DNA from: an uncultured Acidimicrobiales bacterium
GTDB taxonomy: Bacteria > Actinomycetota > Acidimicrobiia > Acidimicrobiales > JAHEJN01
NCBI GenBank assembly: GCA_963787285.1
Contig: CAWBCM010000013.1
Coordinates: 137,265-201,264, forward strand
Direction of reading: 5' to 3'
DNA length: 64,000 nt
The position numbers and the translations under genes were made by a program. Positions 31,358 to 40,665 of the stretch are shown here, piece by piece. Below the pieces are notes generated by a model. That model saw only the letters and a program-made list of their open reading frames with translations. It was not told where the DNA came from and did not search any database. Position 1 is the first letter of the stretch. The number at the start of each line of letters is the position of its first letter.

Positions 31358-33633
31358 CGCTCGAGCCTCGGGTCGCGGGGTTGTGCGATCCGGCCGTCGG
31401 GCGTGACCAGCCCGGTGAGGGCCATGCGAATCGCTTCCTCGGCGGTGTCGGGACTGGGCCATGGGCCGTCGGGATCGGCCGACGTCGGGCTGTTGGCCAC
31501 ATAGACGGTCGCCTTGGTGGTGTCGACCAGGCGCACGGCCGACCACCAGTTGCCGTCGTTGTCGGGGTACACCTCGATGCGAAGAATGGCCGAGGCGGCC
31601 GGACCCCCGGGCTCGGCGTTGGCGTAGGAGTCGAGGATCGACCCGTCGGGGCCGACTCGCACCGTCCAGAACATGTGGGGGAGGCCCCGGTAGGAGTCGT
31701 ACGAATGGGTGAGCATTGCCTTGCCGGGCAGCTGGAGACCGGCGGTCTGGGCACCGGCGAACATGCCCTGGCGGGCTTCGGCCATGGCCGGGGTGATCAC
31801 CTTCGGTGGTTCGGGGCGTGAGTCGATGGCGTTCTGGAGCAAGCGGGGGAGAGGAATTGCCATCGGGTCGAACCACTGGCCGGTCTCCCGCCAGAGCTGC
31901 AGGGCTCGGTTGTTGCGAAACCAGCTCCCAGGGCCCTGGGCTCGCGGGTACGGGCTCTCGGGAGGAAGAGTGACCGTGGGGGTCTCGGGACGGTCCTCGT
32001 CGTCCACCTCGGTGGCATCGGCGGGATGGTCGAGGAAGATCGGGCGGTCGTCGCCGTCGACCGCGTCGACGTCGCTGTTGTTCGGCACGTAGGCGCCCGG
32101 TCGAGCGTCGGCCTCCGGGTCGCCCACCACCAGGTAGTCGTCGTCGACGACGGCCGACGGGCCGCCGGCACCTGCGGCGCCGAGCTTCTTGCGAGTAGCC
32201 AGCCCGTAGCCGCCGGCCGCGACCGCCGCTCCACCCACGACGACGAGGATGATGTCGCGGGCGTTCGAGTCCCCGGAGGAGTCGGCGGCCGGCCCCGGCG
32301 CAGCGGTCTCCTGAACGTCGTCGGCCTGGTCGACCGCGGAGTCCTCGTCGGACTGGGTGTTGTCGTTCTCGACCTCCACGACGGGCGTCGGCTCCTCGGC
32401 CTCAGCCGGCTCGGGGTCGGCGGCAACGAACCAGGTGTCGAGCTCGGGCGAGCCGGGGAGCAGCCGATCGGGCGTGATCGCAAAGGTGCTGGGCGGGAAA
32501 TCGGGCGGCGCCACCACGGGCGGGTCGAAGGGAAACAGCCGCTCGGTCGTCGGGGGAATGGCGAACGACGCCACGTTGCCCGCAGCGCGAACGCCGGTGG
32601 ACATGAATGTGGCGATGCCGAAACCGTCGACCGGCAGCGAGTCCTCGAGCAGGAAGATCACGGCGTCGTCGCTCACCACTGCCCGCGATGCGTTGCTGCC
32701 CGGGCCCCACTGCTGGTTGAGGTAGTCGAGGCGCTCGAATTGCGGGGTGCCGCCTTCACGGACGGCCAGGATGTGATTGGCCTCGTTGAAGAGGTCGCCG
32801 TCGAAGGAACCGCGGTACACGTCGGGGTTCACTCCCAGGAGTCGCAGCACCACCTCGAGCTCGTAGGGATCGCCCATGGTGTCGAGCGGCTCTGGCAGCT
32901 GGACGCCGACGAACCGGAGCTCGGACCCGAACTGCGAACCGCCCGGGTCGCTCGGGTCGCACAACACATCGTAGCCGTCGTGGGGACCGCAGCCGAGAGG
33001 GGAGTCGGGTCCGACGATTGCCCGGCGAATGAAGGGCGGAAAGGTCAGTGGCTCGCCGGGCCAAGCCTGGTCGATGACTGCCCGGAGCTCCTCCTGGCCC
33101 GTTGGGGTGAGGTCTTGGCCGCCCTGCATGTCGAACGGGTCCGGTGGTGCTCCGAAGTCGATCGAGGGGCCGTCGTCGAGCCAGCCCGCCTCACGGAGCA
33201 GGGCCTCGGCCGCCTCCGGCGAGTAGGTCGCGTAGAACCCGGCCGACTGGTTGGCATCCATCGGAGCGGCCAACCGGAAGTCGGGACCGACGGCATTGAG
33301 GGCCTCGTCGTAGACGTCGACGACGTCGATGTTGTGTGACGGGGCAATCACTCCGGTCGAGATCCGAAGCGGCATGATGCCCGACGCGTCGAGAGCCGCA
33401 TCGGTGAGGTCGAAGTTGTCGAAGGCCCGGGCCGAGTCGACGGCCGACTGATTCGGTGCCTCGGCCTGGTCGGGCAGATAGCGCTGGAGACCCACATCGG
33501 GCATCACCTGGGTGAGCAGTTCTCCAATGGCGGAGTTGCTGTCGCCGCCCTGGGCTGCGGCCCCCATGGCGGCCGAGGTGAGGACCATCGCTGCGATCCC
33601 CAGCGATACGAAACCCGTCGATATCCGCGACAT
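31354..33633 (-). CDS. Large bitopic envelope protein of unknown function (signal peptide, about 440-aa ectodomain, acidic linker, single TM, about 270-aa cytoplasmic domain)
   Basis: The start MSRISTGFVSLGIAAMVLTSAAMGAAAQ (ATG at 33633) has GAGGA upstream. The TM is IILVVVGGAAVAAGGYGLATRKK. Composition is protein-like throughout. I recognise no family. Confidence 0.6.
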   Translation of the reverse strand: MSRISTGFVSLGIAAMVLTSAAMGAAAQGGDSNSAIGELLTQVMPDVGLQRYLPDQAEAPNQSAVDSARAFDNFDLTDAALDASGIMPLRISTGVIAPSHNIDVVDVYDEALNAVGPDFRLAAPMDANQSAGFYATYSPEAAEALLREAGWLDDGPSIDFGAPPDPFDMQGGQDLTPTGQEELRAVIDQAWPGEPLTFPPFIRRAIVGPDSPLGCGPHDGYDVLCDPSDPGGSQFGSELRFVGVQLPEPLDTMGDPYELEVVLRLLGVNPDVYRGSFDGDLFNEANHILAVREGGTPQFERLDYLNQQWGPGSNASRAVVSDDAVIFLLEDSLPVDGFGIATFMSTGVRAAGNVASFAIPPTTERLFPFDPPVVAPPDFPPSTFAITPDRLLPGSPELDTWFVAADPEPAEAEEPTPVVEVENDNTQSDEDSAVDQADDVQETAAPGPAADSSGDSNARDIILVVVGGAAVAAGGYGLATRKKLGAAGAGGPSAVVDDDYLVVGDPEADARPGAYVPNNSDVDAVDGDDRPIFLDHPADATEVDDEDRPETPTVTLPPESPYPRAQGPGSWFRNNRALQLWRETGQWFDPMAIPLPRLLQNAIDSRPEPPKVITPAMAEARQGMFAGAQTAGLQLPGKAMLTHSYDSYRGLPHMFWTVRVGPDGSILDSYANAEPGGPAASAILRIEVYPDNDGNWWSAVRLVDTTKATVYVANSPTSADPDGPWPSPDTAEEAIRMALTGLVTPDGRIAQPRDPRLER

Positions 33634-33762
33634 GTGGCGTTCCTCGTTCGGTGAACCTTGTCCGACCGAGTCTGGCCGACGGGCCGTCATCGAGGCGTCA
33701 TCGGGTCGGGTGGGCTCCGTTACGGGTTGATTGCAGTCGTGGAGAGATGCTTGGCACTGAGG

Positions 33763-33799
33763 GTTACCAGCAGGTAACTTGGTGTTACCAGTCGGTAAC
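33763..33799. promoter_or_regulatory. Tandem 16-bp palindromic operator-like sites upstream of the acyl-CoA dehydrogenase gene
   Basis: GTTACCAGCAGGTAAC (33763-33778) and GTTACCAGTCGGTAAC (33784-33799). Each has perfect 6-bp arms, the centres are 21 bp apart, and the sites end about 40 bp before the ATG at 33840. Confidence 0.5.
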
Positions 33800-33839
33800 C
33801 ACGTGGGCGGGCCGACGTATCAGACGAAGGGACAACGCA

Positions 33840-35059
33840 ATGGCCGAGTTCTCACCCGAGCTGAACGAAGATCAACTCCAGATCCAGAAGTGGGTCCATG
33901 AGTTCGCCGTGAACGAGGTCCGACCGGTGGCTCACGAGTGGGACGAGCGCGAGGAATTCCCGTACCCCGTGGTCGAGGAAGCGGCCAAGATCGGGCTCTA
34001 CGGCTGGGAGTTCATGGCCGAGGCCATGATGAACGACCCCACCGGGCTCACCCTGCCGGTGGCCATCGAGGAGCTGTTCTGGGGCGACGCCGGCATCGGC
34101 ATGGCCATCATGGGCTCGGGTCTGGCCGCCGCCGGTATCGCGGCATCGGGCACCAGCGAACAGGTCATGGAGTGGGTGCCGCAGTGCTACGGCGACGCCG
34201 ACAACGTCCAGCTCGGAGCCTTCGCCGCCTCCGAACCCGACGCCGGGTCCGATGTCGGTGGCTACCGCACCCGGCGCCAAGTACGACGAGGCCACCGACG
34301 AGTGGGTGCTCAACGGCACCAAGGCCTGGATCACCAACGGCGGTATCGCCGACATCCACGTCGTGGTCGGCGGTGGTCGACCCCGAGCTCGGCTCGAAGG
34401 GTCACGCCAGCTTCATCGTGCCGCCCGGACACGCCCGGGCCTCAGCATGGGCCAGAAGTACAAGAAGCACGGCATCCGGGCCAGCCACACCGCCGAGGTG
34501 GTGCTCGACGACGTCCGGATTCCCGGCCGCTGCCTGCTCGGCGGCAAGGAGAAGCTCGATGAGCGTCTGGCCCGGGTCCGTGAGGGCAAGCACGGCAACG
34601 CCCAGGCCGCCATGCAGACGTTCGAGGCCACCCGCCCCGCCGTCGGCGCCCAGGCGATCGGTGTGGCCCGTGCCGCCTACGAGTACTCGCTCGACTACGC
34701 CAAGGAACGGCACGCGTTCGGTCGGCCGATCATCAAGAACCAGGCGATCGCGTTCATGCTGGCCGACATGGCCACCGAGATCGAGGCCTCCCGACTGCTC
34801 ATCTGGCGGGCCGCCTGGCTCGGCAAGCAGAAGCAAGTTCGTGAACGCCGAGGGTTCGATGGCCAAGCTCAAGGCCGGCCGCACCGCCACCTGGGTCACC
34901 GAACGGGCCATCCAGATCCTGGGCGGCTACGGCTACACCCGTGAGTACCCGGTCGAGCGCTGGCACCGCGACGCCAAGATCCACGACATCTTCGAAGGCA
35001 CCGAGCAGATCCAGCAGCTGGTGATCAGCCGGGCCATCTCGGGGATGCGAATCGAGTAG
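33840..35059 (+). pseudogene. Acyl-CoA dehydrogenase, frame broken about 4 times; its last 26 codons are the island attachment repeat
   Basis: ACAD segments [23 protein letters not shown]..., [60 protein letters not shown] and [14 protein letters not shown]...[20 protein letters not shown] alternate between three plus-strand frames. The switches lie at about 34272, 34370, 34432 and 34834. Confidence 0.85.
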
Positions 35060-35060
35060 C
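34981..35060. repeat. attL-like 80-bp direct repeat (3' end of the acyl-CoA dehydrogenase gene)
   Basis: 79/80 identical to 55427-55506. The single difference (GCC vs GCG) is synonymous in the ACAD frame. Confidence 0.8.
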
Positions 35061-35150
35061 TTGACCTGCTGGTTTGTGGTCAGCGGTCACATCGGTGACC
35101 AAGGGTCACCAGCGGTCACCAGCTGTGGATAACTGATCCATCCCTACCCT

Positions 35151-35173
35151 CATCCCTACCCGGGGTAGGGATG
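35151..35173. repeat. 23-nt perfect palindrome overlapping the integrase start codon
   Basis: CATCCCTACCCGGGGTAGGGATG has 11-bp arms, and its terminal ATG is the int start. A half-site copy ATCCCTACCC lies just upstream (35143-35152). It belongs to the same stem family as 49606-49634 and 55299-55327. Confidence 0.6.
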
Positions 35174-36277
35174 AACGCGCTACGGTCGAGCCTCATGGCG
35201 ACCATCCGACAGCGGCGACCCGGGGTCTGGGAAGTGCGCGGCTACACGGGCAAGGACGTCGACGGGAAGTCGACCCAGGTGTCGCGGACCGTGTACGGCA
35301 CGAAGAAGGACGCCAAGGTGGTGGCCGCCGAGTTGACCGTGAAGCCGGCCCGCAACGCCGGCGGCCGCAAGCTGCGACAGCTGCTCGACGAGTGGATCGA
35401 CATCAAGACCCCCGGTTGGGCCGACCTCACGATTCGGGATCAGACGAGCCGGGCGAAGCAGGTCGCAGCCGACCCGATCGGCAACATGTCGGTCGCGTCG
35501 ATCGGCGTGTCCGACGTCGACCGTTGGGTCGCCCGTCTGCGAAAGGCCGGCGTGGGGGAGGGAGCGATCCGCAACCAGCACACCGTCTTGCGGTCAGCGC
35601 TACAGCAGGCGGTCCGGTGGGAGTGGATCGCCACGAACCCCGCCTCGAGCGCCCCGATCGAGAGCCCGAAGCGCCAGCAGCAGCGGACGCTCACCAAAGA
35701 CGAGGTGCGGGCCGTGATCGCCGCTGCCGCCGAGGTTCACGAGCTCGCCCCGCTGGCCTTCCGCCTCGGCGCCGAGATGGGTGCCCGTCGCAGCGAACTG
35801 GCTGCGCTCCGCTGGGACAAGTTCGTCGGCGACAAGGTGGTGGTCGATGGTCAGATCATCGTGTCGACCGATGCCGAGGGAGTTCGAGCGCCCAGGCTCA
35901 AGCCGACCAAGACCGGCAGCCGCCGAGTCGTGACCCTGAGCCCGGCGTTGCTGGCGATGGTCGAGGACGCTCGGGCGAAGTACGGCGACGTCACCACATG
36001 GCTGTTCACGCCAGATGCCGACCCACCCAACCCCGATCGCATCGGCTGGTGGTGGCGCCGCTCCCGAGAGCTGGCCGGCATTGATCCACGTTGGCGGCTG
36101 CACGACCTGCGGCACTGGTCGGCGACCGAGGCCATCGCCTCGGGACAGGACGTCCGCACGGTCGCCAACCGCCTCGGCCACGCCGATCCTGCGATGACGC
36201 TGAGGGTGTACGCACACGCTGTCGGCGCAGCAGACGAAGCGCTGGCCGGAATCCTCGGAGACGCACTCGGTGAATAG
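35171..36277 (+). CDS. int: Tyrosine-type site-specific recombinase (phage integrase family)
   Basis: 368 aa. It has an N-terminal SAM-like core-binding domain. The catalytic region carries R...HDLRHWSAT...LGHADPAMTLRVYAH (R, HxxR, H and Y residues). Confidence 0.9.
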   Translation: MNALRSSLMATIRQRRPGVWEVRGYTGKDVDGKSTQVSRTVYGTKKDAKVVAAELTVKPARNAGGRKLRQLLDEWIDIKTPGWADLTIRDQTSRAKQVAADPIGNMSVASIGVSDVDRWVARLRKAGVGEGAIRNQHTVLRSALQQAVRWEWIATNPASSAPIESPKRQQQRTLTKDEVRAVIAAAAEVHELAPLAFRLGAEMGARRSELAALRWDKFVGDKVVVDGQIIVSTDAEGVRAPRLKPTKTGSRRVVTLSPALLAMVEDARAKYGDVTTWLFTPDADPPNPDRIGWWWRRSRELAGIDPRWRLHDLRHWSATEAIASGQDVRTVANRLGHADPAMTLRVYAHAVGAADEALAGILGDALGE

Positions 36278-37481
36278 GTAGCGAGTATGCGGCGTGCGAC
36301 TTGGGCCGAAGCGCCACGCGTCGTAGCCGTTGTCGACCGGACTTATGAGCGCGCGTTTTGTGCGGGTCTGGCGCGGCGGACGGCGAGCAGAATGCCGGAT
36401 CAAGAGCGGGTATCTGGCGCCAGCGGCTTGTCGATATGCGTGGCCCTGACGGTCGCGGGAGGACCTGGCCGGTTCACTGCGGTAGCTTGCCTCGGTCGGG
36501 TTCGACGACGACGCTCTCAGGGGCCACCCCGAGCAACAACGATGCCAGGATCGGATCGACGCCACGAGGCGCGTAATCGCTGTTGCACGGCATCCGCTCT
36601 GATGACCAGCAGCGATGACCGGTCGGCCAGTGTCTAGATCGAGCGACGAGTCCCGAGTGAATGATCTGGGGCCTTCCCAGTCAGTTTGTGGCGGGCGGGC
36701 AACCAACCACTCGACGAAGAACGGGTTGACCGCAGCAGGGACCACCTCCTCATGCGGAAACTCGACGTCGAACCCGATGGCTTCGTAGCTCAAGGCAAAG
36801 CCCTCCGACAGTGATGCCTCTGTCGGAAAGGCCACGATGGTCCACAACGCCTGCGCTGAGATCATCACGATCGGCGCGGCTGGCGCCGGTGTCTGCAGCA
36901 CCGGTGTGAGACAGGCGTCGCGTTCCCAGACTGCGCTGACCTCGTACCACCTGACCTCGGGGATTGAGCGTTCGGCGAGGGCGTACGGGATGAAGCCGGG
37001 CTCAAGCGCCGTCGGATGAGTCACGAAATGGATGACCGAAGCGCCCCGGCCACCAGCCTCCCTCGGTGAATGGATGCTCGAGTTCTTCAGGCAGATGCCA
37101 CGCAGCGGGGACCGCTTTGAGCAGCCCGGGTTGCGCGGCATCGCTTCGGACGCGTGACCCTGCGGGGTGCTGACAACGACCCGTGGTCGTGAGCTGAGCC
37201 CCGGAATCTGAGCCAGATGGCTCACACAATGGGGCCCTCTCAGTCGTGTCAGCTGCTCTCGTTGGCGCTCGCTCGAGCCGGGCGCTGGCGTCGCAGGAGT
37301 CCCCCGTGTCACGGATCCCCTCTTGCTCCACGTCAGCCCGGGACCAGACAGCACTCGTCATGGGGACCTACGGCACTGCCCGGGCGCAGCGGTCCGTGTG
37401 AAGTTCGTAGTCGAGGGGCCATCGCCAGCCACATCATCCCGACGAAGCGACCAACCCCACCGCAAGAGACTGGAAGAAGCC

Positions 37482-38249
37482 ATGACCGGAGAATTCTTCA
37501 ACGACATTTCGCAGTACGAAGTCGAGAAGCAGGGCTACGTCTTCAAAGTGCCGTCCTTCTACTACGACAATCTTTCCATGAACGCTGTCTTCACAGCGTC
37601 CACGAACAAGGTGCGCAGCTACCTGCCACATCCGGACATGCACCCAGTGGAGATCTTCCCAGGCAGGTGCCTGTTGTCTTTCACCGCCTTCGAATACCGC
37701 AAGACCGATCTGGATCCATACAACGAGTTCAGCATCGGCGTGCTCATCGAATTCCAGAAGCGGTCCATCCCCTTCGCCGGTGCACTCAGAAAGATCCTTA
37801 AACGGGAATTCTCCCTCTACGTGTGGCACCTTCCGGTCACAACCGAGATCGCCCGGGTGGGAGGCGTGGAGTTCTTTGGCTATCCGAAGTTCATTGCCGA
37901 CATCGAGTTCACCCGCTCGGGAGACAAGCTGCGTTGTGACCTGTCCGAGAAGGGCTCCAGGATCCTGAGCATGGAAGGCAAGATGCTGCCCACCGAGCCC
38001 GGCAAGCGCCTGCGCTACATCACCTACTCGCTCAACGGCGGAGTCCCCCTGGTCACCAACATCTGCGTCAATCCCCTCCAGTTCGCCCAGAGCCGCGCCT
38101 CCGACGCTGTCAGTCTTGAGATCGACGGCGACCACCCCATCGCCAAGGAGCTTCAGGAAATCGACATCAGCGACACGCCCACTGCGTACCAGTACAGCCC
38201 GAACAACGAAGCCATTCTCTTCGCCGGCCGGAACCTGATGGACGCCTAG
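37482..38249 (+). CDS. Acetoacetate decarboxylase (ADC) family protein
   Basis: ATG at 37482. The PYNEFSIGVLIEF and ARVGGVEFFGYPKFIADIEF segments match the ADC-family core as I remember it. The gene looks lower in GC than its surroundings. Confidence 0.65.
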   Translation: MTGEFFNDISQYEVEKQGYVFKVPSFYYDNLSMNAVFTASTNKVRSYLPHPDMHPVEIFPGRCLLSFTAFEYRKTDLDPYNEFSIGVLIEFQKRSIPFAGALRKILKREFSLYVWHLPVTTEIARVGGVEFFGYPKFIADIEFTRSGDKLRCDLSEKGSRILSMEGKMLPTEPGKRLRYITYSLNGGVPLVTNICVNPLQFAQSRASDAVSLEIDGDHPIAKELQEIDISDTPTAYQYSPNNEAILFAGRNLMDA

Positions 38250-38871
38250 CTAGCGATCCCCCGGTCCGTGTGAATCGGAACCGGCAACCGGCAAGGGTAT
38301 CGACCGGCATCTTGGCTGTTGAGCGTGTGGGGCGAAGCGTTTCTCCCCGTTGTGTTCAACGAGGACTGGCGTTGCCCCGGGAGTGCGGACACGATTCGCT
38401 GAGCGATACGCGCCGCGCGACGACACCGCCGACTATCGCCAGACGCCTCAGTCTGCCGGCTCGGCGCTCGATATCGGCCAGCTCGTCTGAGGTGAATCGC
38501 GCATCGTGACGCCACCGAGGATGAAGTGTGACGTGACCGCTGAGCGCTTCGATCGAAGCGCTCGGCGCTGCGAGACAGCTTCGGCTGTTCTCTCCGAGCT
38601 GAAACAGATTGCTGAACGATATCGGTCGCCCTCAGCTCAGTTCACGACACGGAAGGACCGATCGGTTTGCCGGCTATGCGCTACTCGAGTCGGCGTGCGC
38701 CGTGAACATTCTGAGTGGTGCTGGTTGCTGGTTGCTGGTGATGTTCGTTCCGGTGTGGGTCAAGATGGCGTGGGTGGATGAGGAGGGCCATCGGTGCCTC
38801 ACGCGCTTGTGGCGGGCGCTGGGACGTTGGGCCCTGGAGCCTGGGCCCTTAGCGATGGCAGTCTCTTGTTG

Positions 38872-39390
38872 ATGGGACGGCCACAGACGAAAAGCGAGCT
38901 GGTTTGTGCGGCCAGTGAGGAATTCGACCGGCTCTGGGCGACGGCGGCGACGATTCGTGAAGAAGACGATGCGCGGCCGGGCGTTTGTGAGGTGTGGTCG
39001 TTGAAGGATGTGCTGGCTCATCTCGATGCGTGGCACGAGATGTTTCTGGAGTGGGAAGCCGCCGGGGCTCGAGGCGAGAAGCCAACGATGCCGGCGCCTG
39101 GTTTCTCGTGGGCGGAGACCCCGGCACTCAACGAGGTCATCTACCAGCGTCACAAGGCCGACGAGTGGGACGATGTCGTCAAGCATCTCCGTTACTCGCA
39201 CGCGAGGGTGTTGGAGCGGGTCGAGGCCTACAACGAGGACGACCTGTTCACCAAGAAGCTGTACGCCTGGACCGGGTCTACGTCGGTGGCGAGCTATGCG
39301 ATTTCGGCCACGTCGAGCCACTACAGCTGGGCCACGAAACTCATCAGGAAGGCGGCCAAGACCTTCGCCGCCTCCCGGATGGCGGGGTAG
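38872..39390 (+). CDS. ClbS/DfsB (DUF1706) family four-helix-bundle protein
   Basis: MGRPQTKSELV...FDRL..., VKDVLAHLDAWHEMFLEW, PAPGFSWAETPALNEVIY and a C-terminal ...SATSSHYSWATKLIRK align by eye along the whole length with E. coli ClbS. Confidence 0.75.
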   Translation: MGRPQTKSELVCAASEEFDRLWATAATIREEDDARPGVCEVWSLKDVLAHLDAWHEMFLEWEAAGARGEKPTMPAPGFSWAETPALNEVIYQRHKADEWDDVVKHLRYSHARVLERVEAYNEDDLFTKKLYAWTGSTSVASYAISATSSHYSWATKLIRKAAKTFAASRMAG

Positions 39391-39394
39391 ACCC

Positions 39395-40060
39395 GTGCGG
39401 GCTGCACCGTTCACCAGCTCCACGGATACTTCCGAGCAACCCATTGCCCGGTGGAACCGGGGCTGGGTGAAGGCGTGCGTGATCGGCGAGCTCATCGGTT
39501 TCCTTCCTCCAGCGGCAACCGGTGCCGCACTGGTCGTGCTGGGCGTTTCTGAGCTGGTGCTCGTTGCGGGGTTGGTGGCCGCTGGTGTGTTGGAGGGGCT
39601 CGTATTGGGGCGGGCGCAGGGCATCGTTCTTCGACAACTGATCCCAGGCGTCACCTGCTGGGCGGAAGCCACGGGAGTCGCTGCCGGGTTGGCGTGGCTG
39701 GCCGGGATGGGCGGCAGCTCGCTGGTGGGAGCGGTCGGGGCGAAGGGTCTCATCGTGGCGGTGCCGGGATGGATCATCGGCCTGCTCGCCATGGGCGTGC
39801 TCCAATCCTGGCGGCTGCGATCGGTCGTTCCCGACGCCAAACGGTGGATTCCGGCGACGACGCTCGCGTGGCTGATCGGCGTCACCATTCCTGTTGTTGC
39901 GCTGTCGGTTGTTCCGAATCAGTGGCCGCCTGCGGTTCACATCCTGGTCGCCATCCCCGCCGCGGTGGCGATGGGGGCCACGGTCGGTGCGATCACCGGC
40001 CGAACGCTCAACCGGTTCGTCGAACAGTCGCGATCTTTTTCACCGGGAGGCCAGCCGTGA
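39395..40060 (+). CDS. Hypothetical integral membrane protein (about 6 TM)
   Basis: The GTG at 39395 lies 5 nt after the ClbS-like stop. It has Gly/Ala/Leu-rich helices. Its stop overlaps the next start (GTGA at 40057-40060). The start choice is uncertain. Confidence 0.5.
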   Translation: MRAAPFTSSTDTSEQPIARWNRGWVKACVIGELIGFLPPAATGAALVVLGVSELVLVAGLVAAGVLEGLVLGRAQGIVLRQLIPGVTCWAEATGVAAGLAWLAGMGGSSLVGAVGAKGLIVAVPGWIIGLLAMGVLQSWRLRSVVPDAKRWIPATTLAWLIGVTIPVVALSVVPNQWPPAVHILVAIPAAVAMGATVGAITGRTLNRFVEQSRSFSPGGQP

Positions 40061-40665
40061 GTATCGATCTGAAGAAGACCTACGCCGACCACTACAGCGC
40101 CAGGGCGACTCCCACTGTGGTGGACGTGCCGTCGCGACCGTTCCTGATGATTGACGGGGCCGGTGATCCGAACACTTCAGTCGGGTACGTCGATGCGGTC
40201 GAAGCGTTGTATCCGATCGCCTACGGGCTGCGGGCCCAAGTCAAGGCGGCCACCGGTGACACCTATGTGGTGATGCCGCTCGAGGGTCTGTGGTGGGCCG
40301 AGGACATGAGCGAGTTCGATCCGACCGACAAGTCGAACTGGTTGTGGACGATGATGATCGGTCTGCCCGACGCGGTCACCGAAGCGATGGTTGACGAGAC
40401 GATCCCCGCCATCACTGCGAAGAAGAAGCTGCTCGCCGGCGAGCGGGTGCGGTTCGAGCACTTCGCCGAGGGCCACGCCGCCCAGGTCCTCCACATCGGC
40501 GCCTACGCCGAGGAGGCCCCAACCATCGCATCACTGCACGCCTTCATCGCCGAACAGGGCGGCGAGCTGACCGGCACCCACCATGAGATCTATCTCTCCG
40601 ATCCCCGCAAGGCCGCCACAGATAGGCTCCGCACGATCATTCGTCAGCCGTTCACCGATGCCTGA
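40057..40665 (+). CDS. GyrI-like small-molecule-binding domain protein
   Basis: FLMIDGAGDPNTS, VMPLEGLWWAEDM and HHEIYLSDPRK...LRTIIRQP are hallmark motifs of the stand-alone GyrI-like family. Confidence 0.75.
   Translation: MSIDLKKTYADHYSARATPTVVDVPSRPFLMIDGAGDPNTSVGYVDAVEALYPIAYGLRAQVKAATGDTYVVMPLEGLWWAEDMSEFDPTDKSNWLWTMMIGLPDAVTEAMVDETIPAITAKKKLLAGERVRFEHFAEGHAAQVLHIGAYAEEAPTIASLHAFIAEQGGELTGTHHEIYLSDPRKAATDRLRTIIRQPFTDA

Noticed and set aside
34900-35200. tRNA or tmRNA gene as the integration target
   Set aside because: There is no T-loop/acceptor-like sequence (GGTTCGAATCC type) at either island end. The repeat is clearly the coding 3' end of the acyl-CoA dehydrogenase gene. I saw no tRNA-like sequence elsewhere in the window.
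35600-37354. 584-aa minus-strand ORF overlapping the integrase gene
   Set aside because: About 680 nt are antisense to the well-supported int gene and translate to Arg/Pro-rich sequence. Only the 36650-37130 part looks protein-like, and it needs a frameshift to join the neighbouring frame. I treated that part as a decayed fragment in a finding, not as a gene.
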